Assembly: GCA_040285825.1 (NCBI GenBank)
Contig: JAUPSS010000008.1
Location: forward strand, 496,001 to 560,000
Direction: 5' to 3'
Length of the DNA: 64,000 nucleotides
Source of the DNA: Eukaryota sp. TZLM1-RC
Lineage: Eukaryota > Protista > Metamonada: BaSk clade
The notes under the pieces are model-generated. The model was not told where the DNA came from and made no database searches. It worked only from the letters and a program-made list of their open reading frames with translations. The position numbers and the translations under genes are program-made. Shown here one piece after another: positions 1 through 11,239 of this stretch. Position 1 is the stretch's first letter. Every line of letters begins with the position of its first letter.

Positions 1-21
1 AACAAAACCAGAGAAACACAG

Positions 22-731
22 TTGAAGGGTACTAAAAAAATGCCCCGTCGAAGACGTAGACATCCAGTCGAAATTTTACCTGAAAGGCCCCTTATCGGCG
101 TTGATCTTGGCCAATCAAGATTATGTGGTTACTTCTTAAATGATAATCAATGTGGAGTTATCCCTTGTCCAACTGGCAGAAGATACATGACAAAAAATTC
201 ACCCAGTAAACACTCTCCCAACCAATATTCCGTTCAAAAATTTCAACCAATATTTGAACCATTGGAATTTGGTCAGGAGGAAAAGTGTATTTGGAAAGTA
301 ATCGCCAGAAATGGAAAATAATTAAATTTGATAACCGCAGACGAAAAGAGAGACGGTTCAGAGAGAGTCTCAACAAATTTCAAAGTCTGGCTGGACATCC
401 TGAAAAACTCTATCTTGCTGTGGGTTCTGCTAATTTCCCTTCTCATTGCCGAAAAGTCAATCGATATGGATCAGCAAGGGCTTTCAGAAAATGGTTGTGT
501 TATCAAAAGGACGTGAAGCACTTGTCAACCAGTGAATTTAATACAAGCAAAATGTCAAGTTGTTGCATGGCCGAGAATATTCAAGCAGGCTCATGGCAGA
601 TGCGTATTTGTACTGAGTGTCAAATAGTATATGACAGAGATATTTCCGCTGCAAAAAATATTCAAATTAAGAAGAAAGCGGAATTGTGGCCGGAAAGATA
701 CATTTGCCCAGATGCTCTGCTGAGGAGATGA
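22..731 (+). pseudogene. Fanzor/TnpB-like RNA-guided nuclease, family A (C-terminal half, one frameshift near 290-320)
   Basis: ORF 22-321 has RuvC-I-like LIGVDLG. ORF 285-731 has RuvC-II SEFNTSK, Zn-finger SCC...CTEC and RuvC-III DRDISAAKNI. All three catalytic residues appear intact. Confidence 0.85.
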
Positions 732-984
732 ATAGGGAACGTGAGCATACAGAAACAAAAACTTTTGAGACCGATCTACAAATACCTTAGTAGCATTTGG
801 TAGATCCACTTAGATACATCAAGTCGCGAGGCTTTGTTCTGTGAATGCAGTAGGTGTATTTAAGTGAGGTAGCCCATTGATGAAGATCATGATTGTCTTT
901 GTCAAATGATGCTACATGTCTCTTACACCCTGTGAGTAGAAATTGAGAAAGTTGAAAACAGGAGTGAATTTCACAGGGGAATGC
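732..984 (+). ncRNA. Candidate omegaRNA / right end of family-A Fanzor element
   Basis: About 250 nt of non-coding sequence after the Fanzor stop is highly similar to the reverse complement of 17128-17356; similarity ends abruptly after GTGAATTTCACAGGGG-AAT. Confidence 0.55.
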
Positions 985-1766
985 ATGATAAGTGAAATTC
1001 ACAGTAATACCAGTTAATTTTCCACCCATTCAATTTTTGTTGGTAATAAATCATTCTCCTCATCAACAGGTTTCACTGCTGCTTTCATCAATGGTTGGTG
1101 AAAAACACATTTCATCAATATGCAAACAAGTAGAACCACAAGAGAATGAACCAAGTTTCTACAGTATTGACAAGTTTAGTTGAGTGTAATTATGTTTTGC
1201 ATTCCACTTTGAACTCCTTTCCATTTTCTGAGTTCTTTATTGCTCAATATGTTTCACAACTTTGATTTTCTTGGGAACACGATGATATGATACTTGAGGC
1301 ATAAGATAACAAGAGTAAGGAGTAATTTTATTAGATTTCACTCGCTATCACTAGTGAAGTCTATTACACACTAGAGTAATTGTCCACAGTACAACACTAG
1401 CTTTTCCCCCTCTTTCATCTCAAAAGACAGCTATGAGAATTGAGCAATAAGAATTGAGCAGGTTCTTGAGCAATAAACTTTTATTGGATTTCACATCTTC
1501 AATGAGAAAAGGGTTCAGCTAAACATCACTCACTTATTAATAACAATTGTAGACCAACGGTATTGTAAAGGCTAGTGAGTGATTGAAGAGAAAGTTTAGA
1601 GTGGTATTTAATCAATAATCATCTATAGAAACACGCATTGTTTGAGTTAGCAAAATTGAAACAAAATGTTTATAAAACTATCCAACATTGAGGAATTGGA
1701 TCCCTATTCGTTATAACTACTATTAATTTGATAATAAATTAGCTATAATTCTTTGCTAATGTTGAG

Positions 1767-2250
1767 CCATAGAGAGATTTGAAGTAAAATTAATAAATAA
1801 TGGATAAATAAGTTTCACAAAATAGCATTGTAGTGATGGGTGATAAAAGCAAACCAATTTTAAGCATAAAGCACCTACAAAGAATGTTGGTTATCGAAAG
1901 GTGTTTAAAAACCGTAACTTCCGTCTATTACTGGATAATTATATAACTAGTCCTCGATGTCATGCATGTGTACGCAAGGGGAAAGAAGGTGAAAAAGTAA
2001 AGAGATATCGAGTACCTAATGGAAGACCATACAGGAGAGCAGAGACATCAACTTTCCTGAGATATGCATTACTCACTTGCAAGAAGTGTGGATGTCAATG
2101 CTGTTCTTAATATGATTCATGGGGTGGTGGATGTGTAACTTAAAGGAAATGAAAGTCCCCAAGTTTTGAAATTGATTCATTTAGTCTTCATATTCCACTA
2201 ATCTCAACTCATTACTGCTATTTGACATTTTTGTGCTATTAGCTGATGTC
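1767..2250 (+). mobile_element. Family-C Fanzor remnant whose 3' end abuts the SART1-like ATG
   Basis: Degenerate IVVMGD..KQTNFKHKAP, FRLLLDNYITSPRCHAC, LLTCKKC; homologous to 51159-51901. Ends in TTTGACATTTTTGTGCTATTAGCTGATGTC. Confidence 0.85.
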
Positions 2251-3181
2251 ATTGGAACATGACACGACTTCACTTCTCTCCCGTATAAAGTCTTCGCGTC
2301 GTAAACGTATTCTTAAAGAACGTGTACAACAATCCAATGCACCAAGTCTCCCTGTTGATTTATTTGACCAGCACGAACCAACAGTTGAACCAACTCTACA
2401 ATCAACAAATTCCCAACATTTTTCTCTTCCTCTAGAGGAACAAGTTAGGCCTATGGCTGAACATTTTGTAGAGGGTGAAGTTGGATTTAAAAAGCGTAGG
2501 AGGAAAACCCGTCCTAGTAAGCCAATATCTATTTCCGAAGACACTCTAACCAACCAAGAACAGCTTTCTTCCCCGGAAATCACTATTAAACCTCCTGAAT
2601 TTGATGATGTATGGTTCCATTACGAAGAACAACCATTAGAAGAGGACCAGTCAGTTATGGACACTGAACAAGAGCAACGAGTGACTTCAGAAACTGGGAA
2701 AGTAGAATTTGAAGCTCCTACTGCATCAACTCTTGACATCTCAGTATCTGATGTTCTCAGCCGACTCAGCAGATCTGTCGAAGTCCCTGTTAGTCAAGAT
2801 GCGACAGATCAAAATTCAAAGAATTCCAAGGACCAAGGATTTGTCCCTAAACCAATAGTACTAGATTATTACGATGATGAAGGGAATTTACTGTCTCCAA
2901 AAGCGGCTTACAAATTTTTAAGTCACAAGTTTAGCAACAGGTTTCCTGGTTTAAAAAGAAAGGAAAGAGAAGACAAAAAGAAAAAAGAACATGGATTTGG
3001 GGCTAAGATATTGCAGGAAAAGTCAAATTTAGAAACCATAAAAAAAGTAATGCATAGTTCACATACTCCAGAGATTGTATTAGGAGAATCAAACAGTCTT
3101 TGGAAGTCTTTTGACTCTAAAGGGGAAAATTTTAGTTCCGATCCAAAGTTTGTGCCACCTAGAAAGAAGTCTAGGAGTTAA
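2246..3181 (+). CDS. SART1: SART1/Snu66-like U4/U6.U5 tri-snRNP protein (short)
   Basis: C-terminal motif LDYYDDEGNLLSPKAAYKFLSHKFSNRFPGLKRKER resembles the conserved SART-1 C-terminus. Confidence 0.7.
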   Translation: MSLEHDTTSLLSRIKSSRRKRILKERVQQSNAPSLPVDLFDQHEPTVEPTLQSTNSQHFSLPLEEQVRPMAEHFVEGEVGFKKRRRKTRPSKPISISEDTLTNQEQLSSPEITIKPPEFDDVWFHYEEQPLEEDQSVMDTEQEQRVTSETGKVEFEAPTASTLDISVSDVLSRLSRSVEVPVSQDATDQNSKNSKDQGFVPKPIVLDYYDDEGNLLSPKAAYKFLSHKFSNRFPGLKRKEREDKKKKEHGFGAKILQEKSNLETIKKVMHSSHTPEIVLGESNSLWKSFDSKGENFSSDPKFVPPRKKSRS

Positions 3182-3692
3182 AAGGTTGATACCATAATGC
3201 TGAACAATCATTAAATAAGTGTTTTTGGAAATAAATTTTTTCAAACCAAAAATAAAATCAAAATTAATGTCTACGGTTTTAGAGAAATTGATTTTTTCGA
3301 CAGAGCAAACTAAATTGCAGACTTAAACTTCTTCTTGAAATAATAACAATGATTGAAAAACGTTCATATTTAATGTTGATTGTACAAGTTTAGACTGAAT
3401 ATTTTATTTGGCTAAGGATAACATTATTGAATTATTACCTCAAAAATATGAAAATTAGTTATCAAGAAGAAAAGAAATAAAAAAAATTCTAGTAGAGAAA
3501 AATAGAAAACCCTGAAAAAACTTGAAGAGTTTTTGTGGAATTGCCAAAGCTGGAAAATTGTTGCAAAAGCCTAACTTCAAGTGTCCTGAAATACCTACAA
3601 AAATTAAGAAAAACATCTCTTTCTATTACTAAAACTCAACCTATTTGATTTAAATAAACCCTTGTCGTTATTACTAGATGACAACAATTTAC

Positions 3693-4925
3693 TTACTGTT
3701 GCATTGAAACAACTCCACCGTGTTTAGCAGGAAGCACATACTCAACTCCTTCTAACAATTCCTGATCCTTCAGCGCCCTTTCCTGAGCTTCCTCCTCTTC
3801 TTTCTTTTCATAAACAGATTGAACAGTAATCACTCCACTTGCTTCCAAGGTTTCGGATACCAAAGACCCCTCGACATACTTAAAACCTCCCCAAAGTGGT
3901 CTATCTTGTTTCTTCTCCTCTGTGGGCTCAGCAAACACATCTCCGTAAAGACCATTGCCGTGAATATCGACAGGAGCCTTTCCCCAAGCCCCAGGAAACC
4001 CAAATCCCCACTTGCCACCCTTTGGAATAGGGGAATTAAGGCCAGGAATTTTGAGGAGAGGGTAAGATGGTGGGGGCCCGTGGCGTTGTTGGTTAACTAA
4101 CCAAGGCGGGGGTCCATTGGAGGGCATTCCAAGTGCCTTTCGTAATCGTAGACTTAGTTTTCCTGGTTTGCATTTGGTTAAATGAGTCTCGTATTCTTTT
4201 CCTTCGTAATAAATTTCCCCAAAAGTTGATAATTGTGGTTTTGTTTGGAATTTAAAGAACGCATCATGCAAAACTTGGTAATCAACCTCAAATCTATGTG
4301 TTTTTGGATCCAATCGCTGTCTCATTCTTGATTTGAGCCCCTTTTCAAACTCCTTTAAAGTCTGTTCCCGGAGACCCACCACTCCCGTCTCAATCACAAA
4401 CTGGGGTATTTTGAAGGGTATCTTGTCAATTCCTCTTTTTCCCTGCAGAAACTTCTTTCGTTCAGACCAATGTCTTGGAACAGATACAGAATTCCTCACT
4501 GACTTCAAATGGAGTAGCATTAAAGGGTCTGGAGCACACGTGTCCCAAAACTCAACCAAATCAGATCTGTCGACCTTCATTTTCAGTTGGGCTACAGAGG
4601 GTCGTGAGAGCATCTTTCTTTGTTTGATAGAAAGAGATGAGATGGATTGGCCAGAACTAATGTCGCCTATTCCGTGCTCTTGTTCTTCTTCAGATTCACT
4701 TTCCTCAGCTGAGAGTTCAGAATCTGAAGAAGCACCTGAGGGAGATGCCAGTCTCTTAGTACCAGCGTCTGTGTAGGGTTGAGTTGGTTGTTCAAATTCC
4801 TGAAAAATATGAGTAAAAGAATCTTCTTGAGTTTGCAGAGGCTTTGATGTGAATGTATCTAAAGAGGGAAGTGAAGTAGGAGTAGAAGATGCAACATGGT
4901 AGATCTTCTTACGTATTTTGGGCAT
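3693..4925 (-). CDS. SF3B2: Splicing factor 3B subunit 2 (SAP145/Cus1)
   Basis: DUF382-like VPRHWSERKKFLQGKRGIDKIPF, LHDAFFKFQTKP, FGEIYYEGKE; PSP domain PPPWLVNQQRHGPPPSYPLLKIPGLNSPIP. Confidence 0.95.
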   Translation of the reverse strand: MPKIRKKIYHVASSTPTSLPSLDTFTSKPLQTQEDSFTHIFQEFEQPTQPYTDAGTKRLASPSGASSDSELSAEESESEEEQEHGIGDISSGQSISSLSIKQRKMLSRPSVAQLKMKVDRSDLVEFWDTCAPDPLMLLHLKSVRNSVSVPRHWSERKKFLQGKRGIDKIPFKIPQFVIETGVVGLREQTLKEFEKGLKSRMRQRLDPKTHRFEVDYQVLHDAFFKFQTKPQLSTFGEIYYEGKEYETHLTKCKPGKLSLRLRKALGMPSNGPPPWLVNQQRHGPPPSYPLLKIPGLNSPIPKGGKWGFGFPGAWGKAPVDIHGNGLYGDVFAEPTEEKKQDRPLWGGFKYVEGSLVSETLEASGVITVQSVYEKKEEEEAQERALKDQELLEGVEYVLPAKHGGVVSMQQ

Positions 4926-4967
4926 GAACTAGTAGCACAAAAATGTCAAATAGTAACTTGTTAAGAC
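4921..4967 (-). promoter_or_regulatory. Conserved start-codon-adjacent leader motif
   Basis: Minus strand reads TCTTAACAAGTTACTATTTGACATTTTTGTGCTACTAGTTC-ATG, matching the motif before the ATGs at 2246, 16148, 51897/51905 and 62324. Confidence 0.8.
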
Positions 4968-5028
4968 TGTGGGAAATTCCCAAATGTACACAATTTTCGA
5001 CGATTTTCGTGTGGAATATTTACAAAAA

Positions 5029-6760
5029 CTATCTACACAGATACTGAGGCCTTTCATTACCACTCATCCTCGCTTCAGCAATCGCAAAAATATTCAGACA
5101 AGCCAGCTTATTTCTGTGAAAAGCTTTGTTGAACCTTTGTTGCTGAGTTCACAACTCTCACTATTACAAGCTAATACACCATGACATGTAGTAACAGGAG
5201 TCTTTTCTCTTCCATAGAATCTGGGATTTGTTACTCTCAAAAACGTAGAAACCTTTTCGAAGCAAACAGGACATTTTGCTGAAGTGAAAGCTTCATTAAT
5301 CATCAATACTTCAAATCCATTTCCTTTTAGAAATTGAATCCATCCAACAGCATCGAGTAGGTCGATGATGTTTTAAATTTTCAAAGCCGCTTTTACCATA
5401 AGCACCCATTAGTATTAAGGTGTCTTTTGGGTTGCCAAACTACTGAACAAGATTTTATAACAACCAATTTTCAGTCTTTTGCTTGTGAATAAAAGCCTGC
5501 ATTTGATGAATGCTCCACGAGTCAAGACTGTTAAAGTCACTTGTCAAGAAAACTTGCCGAAGTTTGGCAACCACAAAGTTGGAAAAGTCTATAAAAGTTG
5601 CTGAATTGGCAGCAAACGCGGACAATTCGGTGTTTGCATCTTCAATTGTCACTTCGTTAGACTCTATCATTTGGTTCCTGTCGTAATCTACCTCAGTTTA
5701 CTTTGTCGCCCATCGTTTTTGTTTTCATTCATCCTACTTTTCAAAGACCAGGACATCTGAGTCATTCTCAACCATCTGAATTTCTTGTCTTGATTCATCA
5801 CCCGACTATTTCTTTGCTGTTCAGTTTCATGTTCAGGCATCATGGCTAGTTCTTGATCAGTCTTTTTACTGCCAAAATACAATACATCACGTTTTCCAGG
5901 TTCACAAACAACAATTCGTTTGTCTTGAAAAGTATCAACATCAACATCATCAATATATAAATCCGAAATACTGGCCTTGATGTCTGGCTTACATTTCTGA
6001 CCCTGTAAATTCCGTCGAACAAATTCTACTGCAATATTAAATACACCTCTGTGGATAATGGTGTTGAATTTATATATCTTTTGTTTGAACATTGGTTGGT
6101 TTAAATCGATAATATTAACCAAAAGTCAAATTGCTCAGGTGGTTTGAAACTATGGATTTGACCTTGTGTATTGACTATTTTCAACCACTGTTTGGGCAAC
6201 AAATCATCAATGTTTGTTTGATAATTGTCCAACTTGTTCTTGTGTTAATTGGAAGACATCCAGGACCTACATTCGTTGATGCAGGGGTAACGTGATGAGG
6301 TTTCCCCTCTCTACTGGCACCATATTGAGCAGTCGTAATTGCTGGTTTTAAGAATATTTGAGGATCTTTCTCAACAACATCTCCAAGAAAGTGTACATCA
6401 ACTGGAAATATATTGTCAACCAGACTCTTATCCGTGACTGAATTCTCAATTTGCCAAGTAAATGGTGTTATAAGACTATAAAATATTTCGTCACGTTCAT
6501 TGTTTCTAATATCATGTTGTTGAGATAAATTTAAAAACTCATCATCAAGAAGGTCTGAAATATTTTCAGGTGCAAGTCTTCAAGAACTCAAGTAATTTCT
6601 ATCATCAACTAAAAATATGTGTTTGAATTTTCGAAGTCTAAATCTATAAAATGAAATTATAGTAGACAAATGGGCGTTGCATACCCACCCAGTTTGTGCA
6701 TTTCTGCTAACACATTTTCCACATCTGATATTTCAAAATAAACATTAATAAATCGATTAA
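5029..6760 (-). pseudogene. Fanzor/TnpB-like nuclease, family B (multiply disrupted)
   Basis: Minus-strand fragments: RIVVCEPGKRDVLY (RuvC-I-like), INEAFTSAKCPVC (RuvC-II + ZnF), CHGVLAC..C, then frameshifted HRNKLACLNI...GNERPQYLCR-stop at 5029. The 5' limit is approximate. Confidence 0.8.
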
Positions 6761-6949
6761 TATGTTACCGTAAGACCCCCGATCCAGATCCCAGTAGAAA
6801 TTAGCCCCGCCAGTACAATTCCCTTCTCAATGGAAATGAGAAATTTTACTTCTGAATTGAAAAATAATAAGTGGAATATTTCATCCTTCTGGAAATATTT
6901 CGCTCGAAAAAACAAAAATTGTTTTAAAAAAAAATTGGAAATAGAAAAA

Positions 6950-9510
6950 TTGTAAAATCAAAAATTTGCCGAAAATTGTGCTTACGTGGTCGTTATGGTG
7001 CCGCGAAGCAGTCCTTGTTTTCCTCTTCTTTGGCTGATGCAAACTCTGATAACCTTGAAAAACTTCAAAAGTTGCATCCTCAAGAAAATTTTAAGTGCAG
7101 CAAGCCCGATGTGTGTCCTTTTTGGATTGAAAATCCTATTACTTCAATTGAAGTTCTTACAGCTATTCAAAAATTGCCAAAGGGGAAAGCAGCAGGCCCA
7201 TCTGGAATTTCTTTTGATTTTTTTAAAAAATAGCGTGTTCCAGTGCCCCGAAATTGCTGATGATCTAGCCCATTATTTTCAACAATTAATTGTTTTGAAA
7301 GTTAATCCTCCATTTGAATTACTCGCTGCACGTCTGATTGCTTTAGTAAAGCCTGGAAACGGAATCAAACCTGACGGAATACGCCCAATTGCTGTTGGTG
7401 AATCTCTTTCTCGTTTGCTGGCATCAATTGTCTTCGATCGTGTCAAAGACAAAGCTTCTACATTTTTGAATCCTCATCAATTTGGAATCAAAACAATTGA
7501 TGGTGCTTCTGTTGCTGCTATTGCCTCTGATACCTTTTTTAATGCAGAGGAAAATAATTTTATTGTTAATCTCGACTTTAAAAATGCTTTTAATTCTGTA
7601 AAGCGAGAAGCAATTTTTGAAGTTATTAAATCTGATTTTCCTGAGCTATCGAGTTTTTTCTACCATTTTTATGGGAAAGAATCAGATTTAATTTTTAATT
7701 CTTTTGGTCTTAAATCATCTTCTGGAGTGAAACAGGGAGATCCTTTAGGCCCATTATTGTTTTGTTTAGCTATTCACAAAACTTTAAATATCATTAAGCA
7801 AAAATACCCATCTATAAAAATAGTTGCTTATATGGATGATATATCCTTGATTGGTTCATTTGATTTACTAGAATTGGTTGTTCAAAAAATTGCCGATTCA
7901 TATGAAAATATTGGGCTTCATCTTAATGCGAGCAAATGCCTTCTGATTGGCTCTTCTGCTCAAGATCTCGTGATAAACGATTCTATTGTCCCTTTTACTA
8001 ATTATAGTAGTGATGCTTTTAAGTTCCTTGGTTGTTGGTTAGGAAACGTGCCTCAAATTCGGAATGAATTACAAGTTATTTTGGAAAAAATGAAAATTGA
8101 CCTTGATTCAATTTCTTCTTTAGATATAGAAAAGCATATTAAATTTTTCATGCTTAAAATTTGCTACACTGGGAGAGTAACCCACATTTTGAGATCTTGT
8201 GCTCCTTCCATAGCATTAGATTTTTGTCGTTCATTCAATTCATTGAGAACAGAATTTTTTGCTGATTTATTGGATGTAGAACCAGGAATGTTGAAAAGTC
8301 ACTTATTTTCTTCAGCAAATTTGGGGGGTATTGGATTTACTAAATCTTCAATTGTGTGTCAATCAGCATTCTTGGGTGGTGGCAAAAATTTTAATTATGA
8401 ATTTTCTCGTAGATTTCCTGATGATTTTCATCTGTTAGTTTCCAATTGCAGTCCTTATTTGTATGAGTTATCTTGTGAACTTGAAAAAATGCCGCTACAA
8501 ATTTGGACCAAATGTTTTCCTCAATCAATTCAAACAATTCCAAACCGATCTCTTTTTAATTTACAGTTTTGCTGTAAAAAGCTTCAACAAAAATTGTCAA
8601 AGAATTTTGAAAGCTTGGATTTTGATGTAAGACTTGGCTTGGCCAAGAAAAAGAATCCCGCTTTTGCAAATCTTTTACAAGATATGTGTGACAGTACTTC
8701 TTCTGCCTTAGTAACAACAATTCCACAAGTTTATGGTTCTCTCTTAACCGATTCTGCTTGGACTCTGAATATGAGATTTCGTTCCTTTATCTGGCCTGAT
8801 AATTTACCTCATAATTTAATTTGTAAATGTTCTCGAGAAATTACAACTACTCATTTGTTAAATTGTAAACATTTTATTACTTTTAGAAGCAAGGTTCATG
8901 ATGCTGTAAGAGACCAGTTATATTGTATGTGTAAATCTCATAGAATTGAATCCTTCTTGGAACCTCTGTTGTCAAATCTGTTTGATGCTGAAAATGATTT
9001 TCATAAGAATAATAGAGGTGATGTCATATTACCTGGATTAGATGGAAGCTTTATTTTATTGGATGTAATGTCTGTTGATCCTTGTAATGCCTCAAATGAA
9101 AGGCTTGTTAATTCTGAAATTCATAATCCCCTTTCAAATACTGAAAATTTTAAATTCAAAAAATACAATGAACCTTTGTCCAAATTGGCCAGTCTACAGC
9201 ATGCAAAATACAATTTGTATCCATTTGTATTTTCCCTTTTTGGTTCACTTGCACCAACTGCTTTACGTTTTTTGGATGATTTTGAATTGATTGTAAAGAG
9301 AAGAACTGGCAGAAATTTCAACAGATTGTTTTGGCAAAATAGAATTGTGTTTTCTATTTTTAAGGGGATGTTGAAGATGGTTTCTGATGCTTTGCTGTCT
9401 CTTGGTTCTCACTATGAGAGAGTTGCATCTAGTGTTTTTGTTTTGGGAGAGATGGATTTTTTAGATGTTGATTTATAGGTTTTGAATAAAATTAAAATTA
9501 AATAAAAAAA
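6950..9510 (+). mobile_element. Non-LTR retrotransposon, CRE-like (RT + CCHC + restriction-like endonuclease), family A; 5'-truncated, near intact
   Basis: GIRPIAVGE, DFKNAFNSV, GVKQGDPLGPLLF, YMDD; CKC..HLLNC..HDAVRD; RGD..D..KY..PFVFSLFG. One frameshift in a T/A homopolymer at ~7220-7230; AATAAA and A-rich tail at 9486-9510. Confidence 0.92.
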
Positions 9511-10383
9511 TTAATATGTTTTTCATAATTTAGTTTCAAATTATTCTTAAAATTGGCAATCAATACTGGGACCATGTACTCGGGAGGTCTACTGAATTCA
9601 TCAGTTAGAAGTCGTGGGAAAAGTTCAAGCCTATATCTGAAATGGTCTACATAGATTAGAGTTTAATCAGCAGAAAATGGGTTGGTTGATAGAGATGTTG
9701 GCAGCTTTTGGATTGAAAAGATAAATATAAACATAATCATCAAACTCAACATTATCAAAATAACAATTTAAGACAAAACATCTTGGATCTAAAGTACAAG
9801 AACCTACTGTAAACCACAAAAATTAACACACTCAAAAACATCAAAATAACAATATAAAACAAAACACAGACAAGAAAGACATCCCATGTCTAAGGTGAAT
9901 ACATGGCTGATTCAAGGGTAGCCATATCATGACTCACATGATGACTCAAAAAAGTGCAATACTCTACCTTCCCGCAAGGAACAGAACAACCATTCCATTC
10001 GGAAATCGAGGCTCTGATTTTTCGTTTATTCCTGTAAAGCAGGACTACTGAGGTGATCAGGAGGGGAAACTTTACTGTTCTGTGAAGAACAGATTGAAGG
10101 AGGAGGTCGGAACTGAGTCCACTACCTCATTTTCCTCTTTCTTGTTTTGGTGCATGAAAACAGTCAAACAGTCAAACAGTCAAGATAATCTCGCTGTCTG
10201 ATTTTGCAATTAGTAATCAATGATTACTAATTTCCAAACTCTTCCCAATCAATCAAACAAGCAAACAATCAGGACCCTTGGATCACCTATGTCTTCATTG
10301 GTATTGTATGTTTAATCATATTAATTGCTTTTGTACTACTTTGTACTTGATCATATTACCAGAGTTCTCAGTCATACTTTTAA

Positions 10384-10740
10384 GTCTACTGGATACCAAT
10401 AGTACCTTTGATACTTCTGCCATTTGTAATATGCTTATTCGGATTAGGCTGTTTTATCTTCCTAGGCCTTGTGTCTTTTCTTTTACTGTTCAATTGGGGG
10501 TTTCATCTTAATGCAGTCGTTGTCGTATTATTCAGTTCAATCCTGTTGACTGATTCCATTAGATTTACACTTAAAATTTGGAGAAACAAACTCTTTTCTT
10601 CTCAACAATGTCCTGATGCTCTAGCTTGTTACTTAACCACTCTTCTTGAGCCGCTCCTCTTTCCTGTCTCACTGATCCCTTTGCTCTGTGTGTTCAGAAC
10701 AGGTGAGCTCCTTCATCGCCTTTCAGCATTCAAAACGTAA
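10384..10740 (+). CDS. Possible small multi-pass membrane protein (5' exon unresolved)
   Basis: Strongly hydrophobic open frame with no in-frame ATG, so it would need an upstream exon. Confidence 0.25.
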   Translation, partial: VYWIPIVPLILLPFVICLFGLGCFIFLGLVSFLLLFNWGFHLNAVVVVLFSSILLTDSIRFTLKIWRNKLFSSQQCPDALACYLTTLLEPLLFPVSLIPLLCVFRTGELLHRLSAFKT

Positions 10741-10950
10741 GGATACTACAAAAAGAATTTCATGTCAAAGGTTTCAAAAACAGAAACTGAAACCAAATTC
10801 AAAAATAAATGAAAACGAAGAGCTTTAGAATTTCCCTTTTGAGCTTAAAGTTTGCAAAATCAAAGTAATGATTTCACTACAAAAATTTATCAAGTATGGT
10901 GTAAATGAATGTTTTGAGAAGAAAATCGAAGCAGTAAATAATAACTAAAC

Positions 10951-11216
10951 TCGTGGAAAAATCCAAAAATGCCACATACTCACTGTGGTAAATGTCAGGT
11001 TAAATGTCAGTGAAATCACATAGGTGATTATTCTCAATTTATTAAAAATAATAAATGAATAATTAAACTTAATTCTCCTTGACTAAACTCATACTATTTT
11101 AGATACTTGCAAATATCTATGTTTGTTGACCAACAATGGTATAAATTGCAAAACCAAATAATTGGTTCAATAATGATTTGATGTTTGAAAGAATTTGTAA
11201 TGAATGTAAAGTACCC
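10951..11216. repeat. Dispersed ~265-bp repeat, inverted copy of 25951-26172
   Basis: Shared blocks TCGTGGAAAAATCCAAAAATGCCACATACTC and GTTTGTTGACCAACAATGGTATAAATTGCAAAACC...GAATGTAAAGT. Confidence 0.85.
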
Positions 11217-11239
11217 CAGCAATACCCCAGCAATCAAAG

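Noticed and set aside
1186-1494. Solo LTR (TG...AATAAA...CA with internal GAGCAATAA repeats)
   Set aside because: No TSD and no second copy in the window.
2219-2250. Leader motif as a retroposed spliced-leader relic (dinoflagellate-style)
   Set aside because: Shared sequence extends hundreds of bases upstream into Fanzor coding DNA, far longer than an SL exon.
7215-7233. Programmed -1 frameshift at TTTTTTTAAAAAA in LINE A
   Set aside because: The required shift is +1, and the related copy at 53848-54276 reads through in one frame; a homopolymer indel or sequencing error is more likely.
9960-10185. Small minus-strand gene preceded by three TTGACTG repeats
   Set aside because: Gives only ~30 codons even with a hypothetical intron; no recognisable domain.
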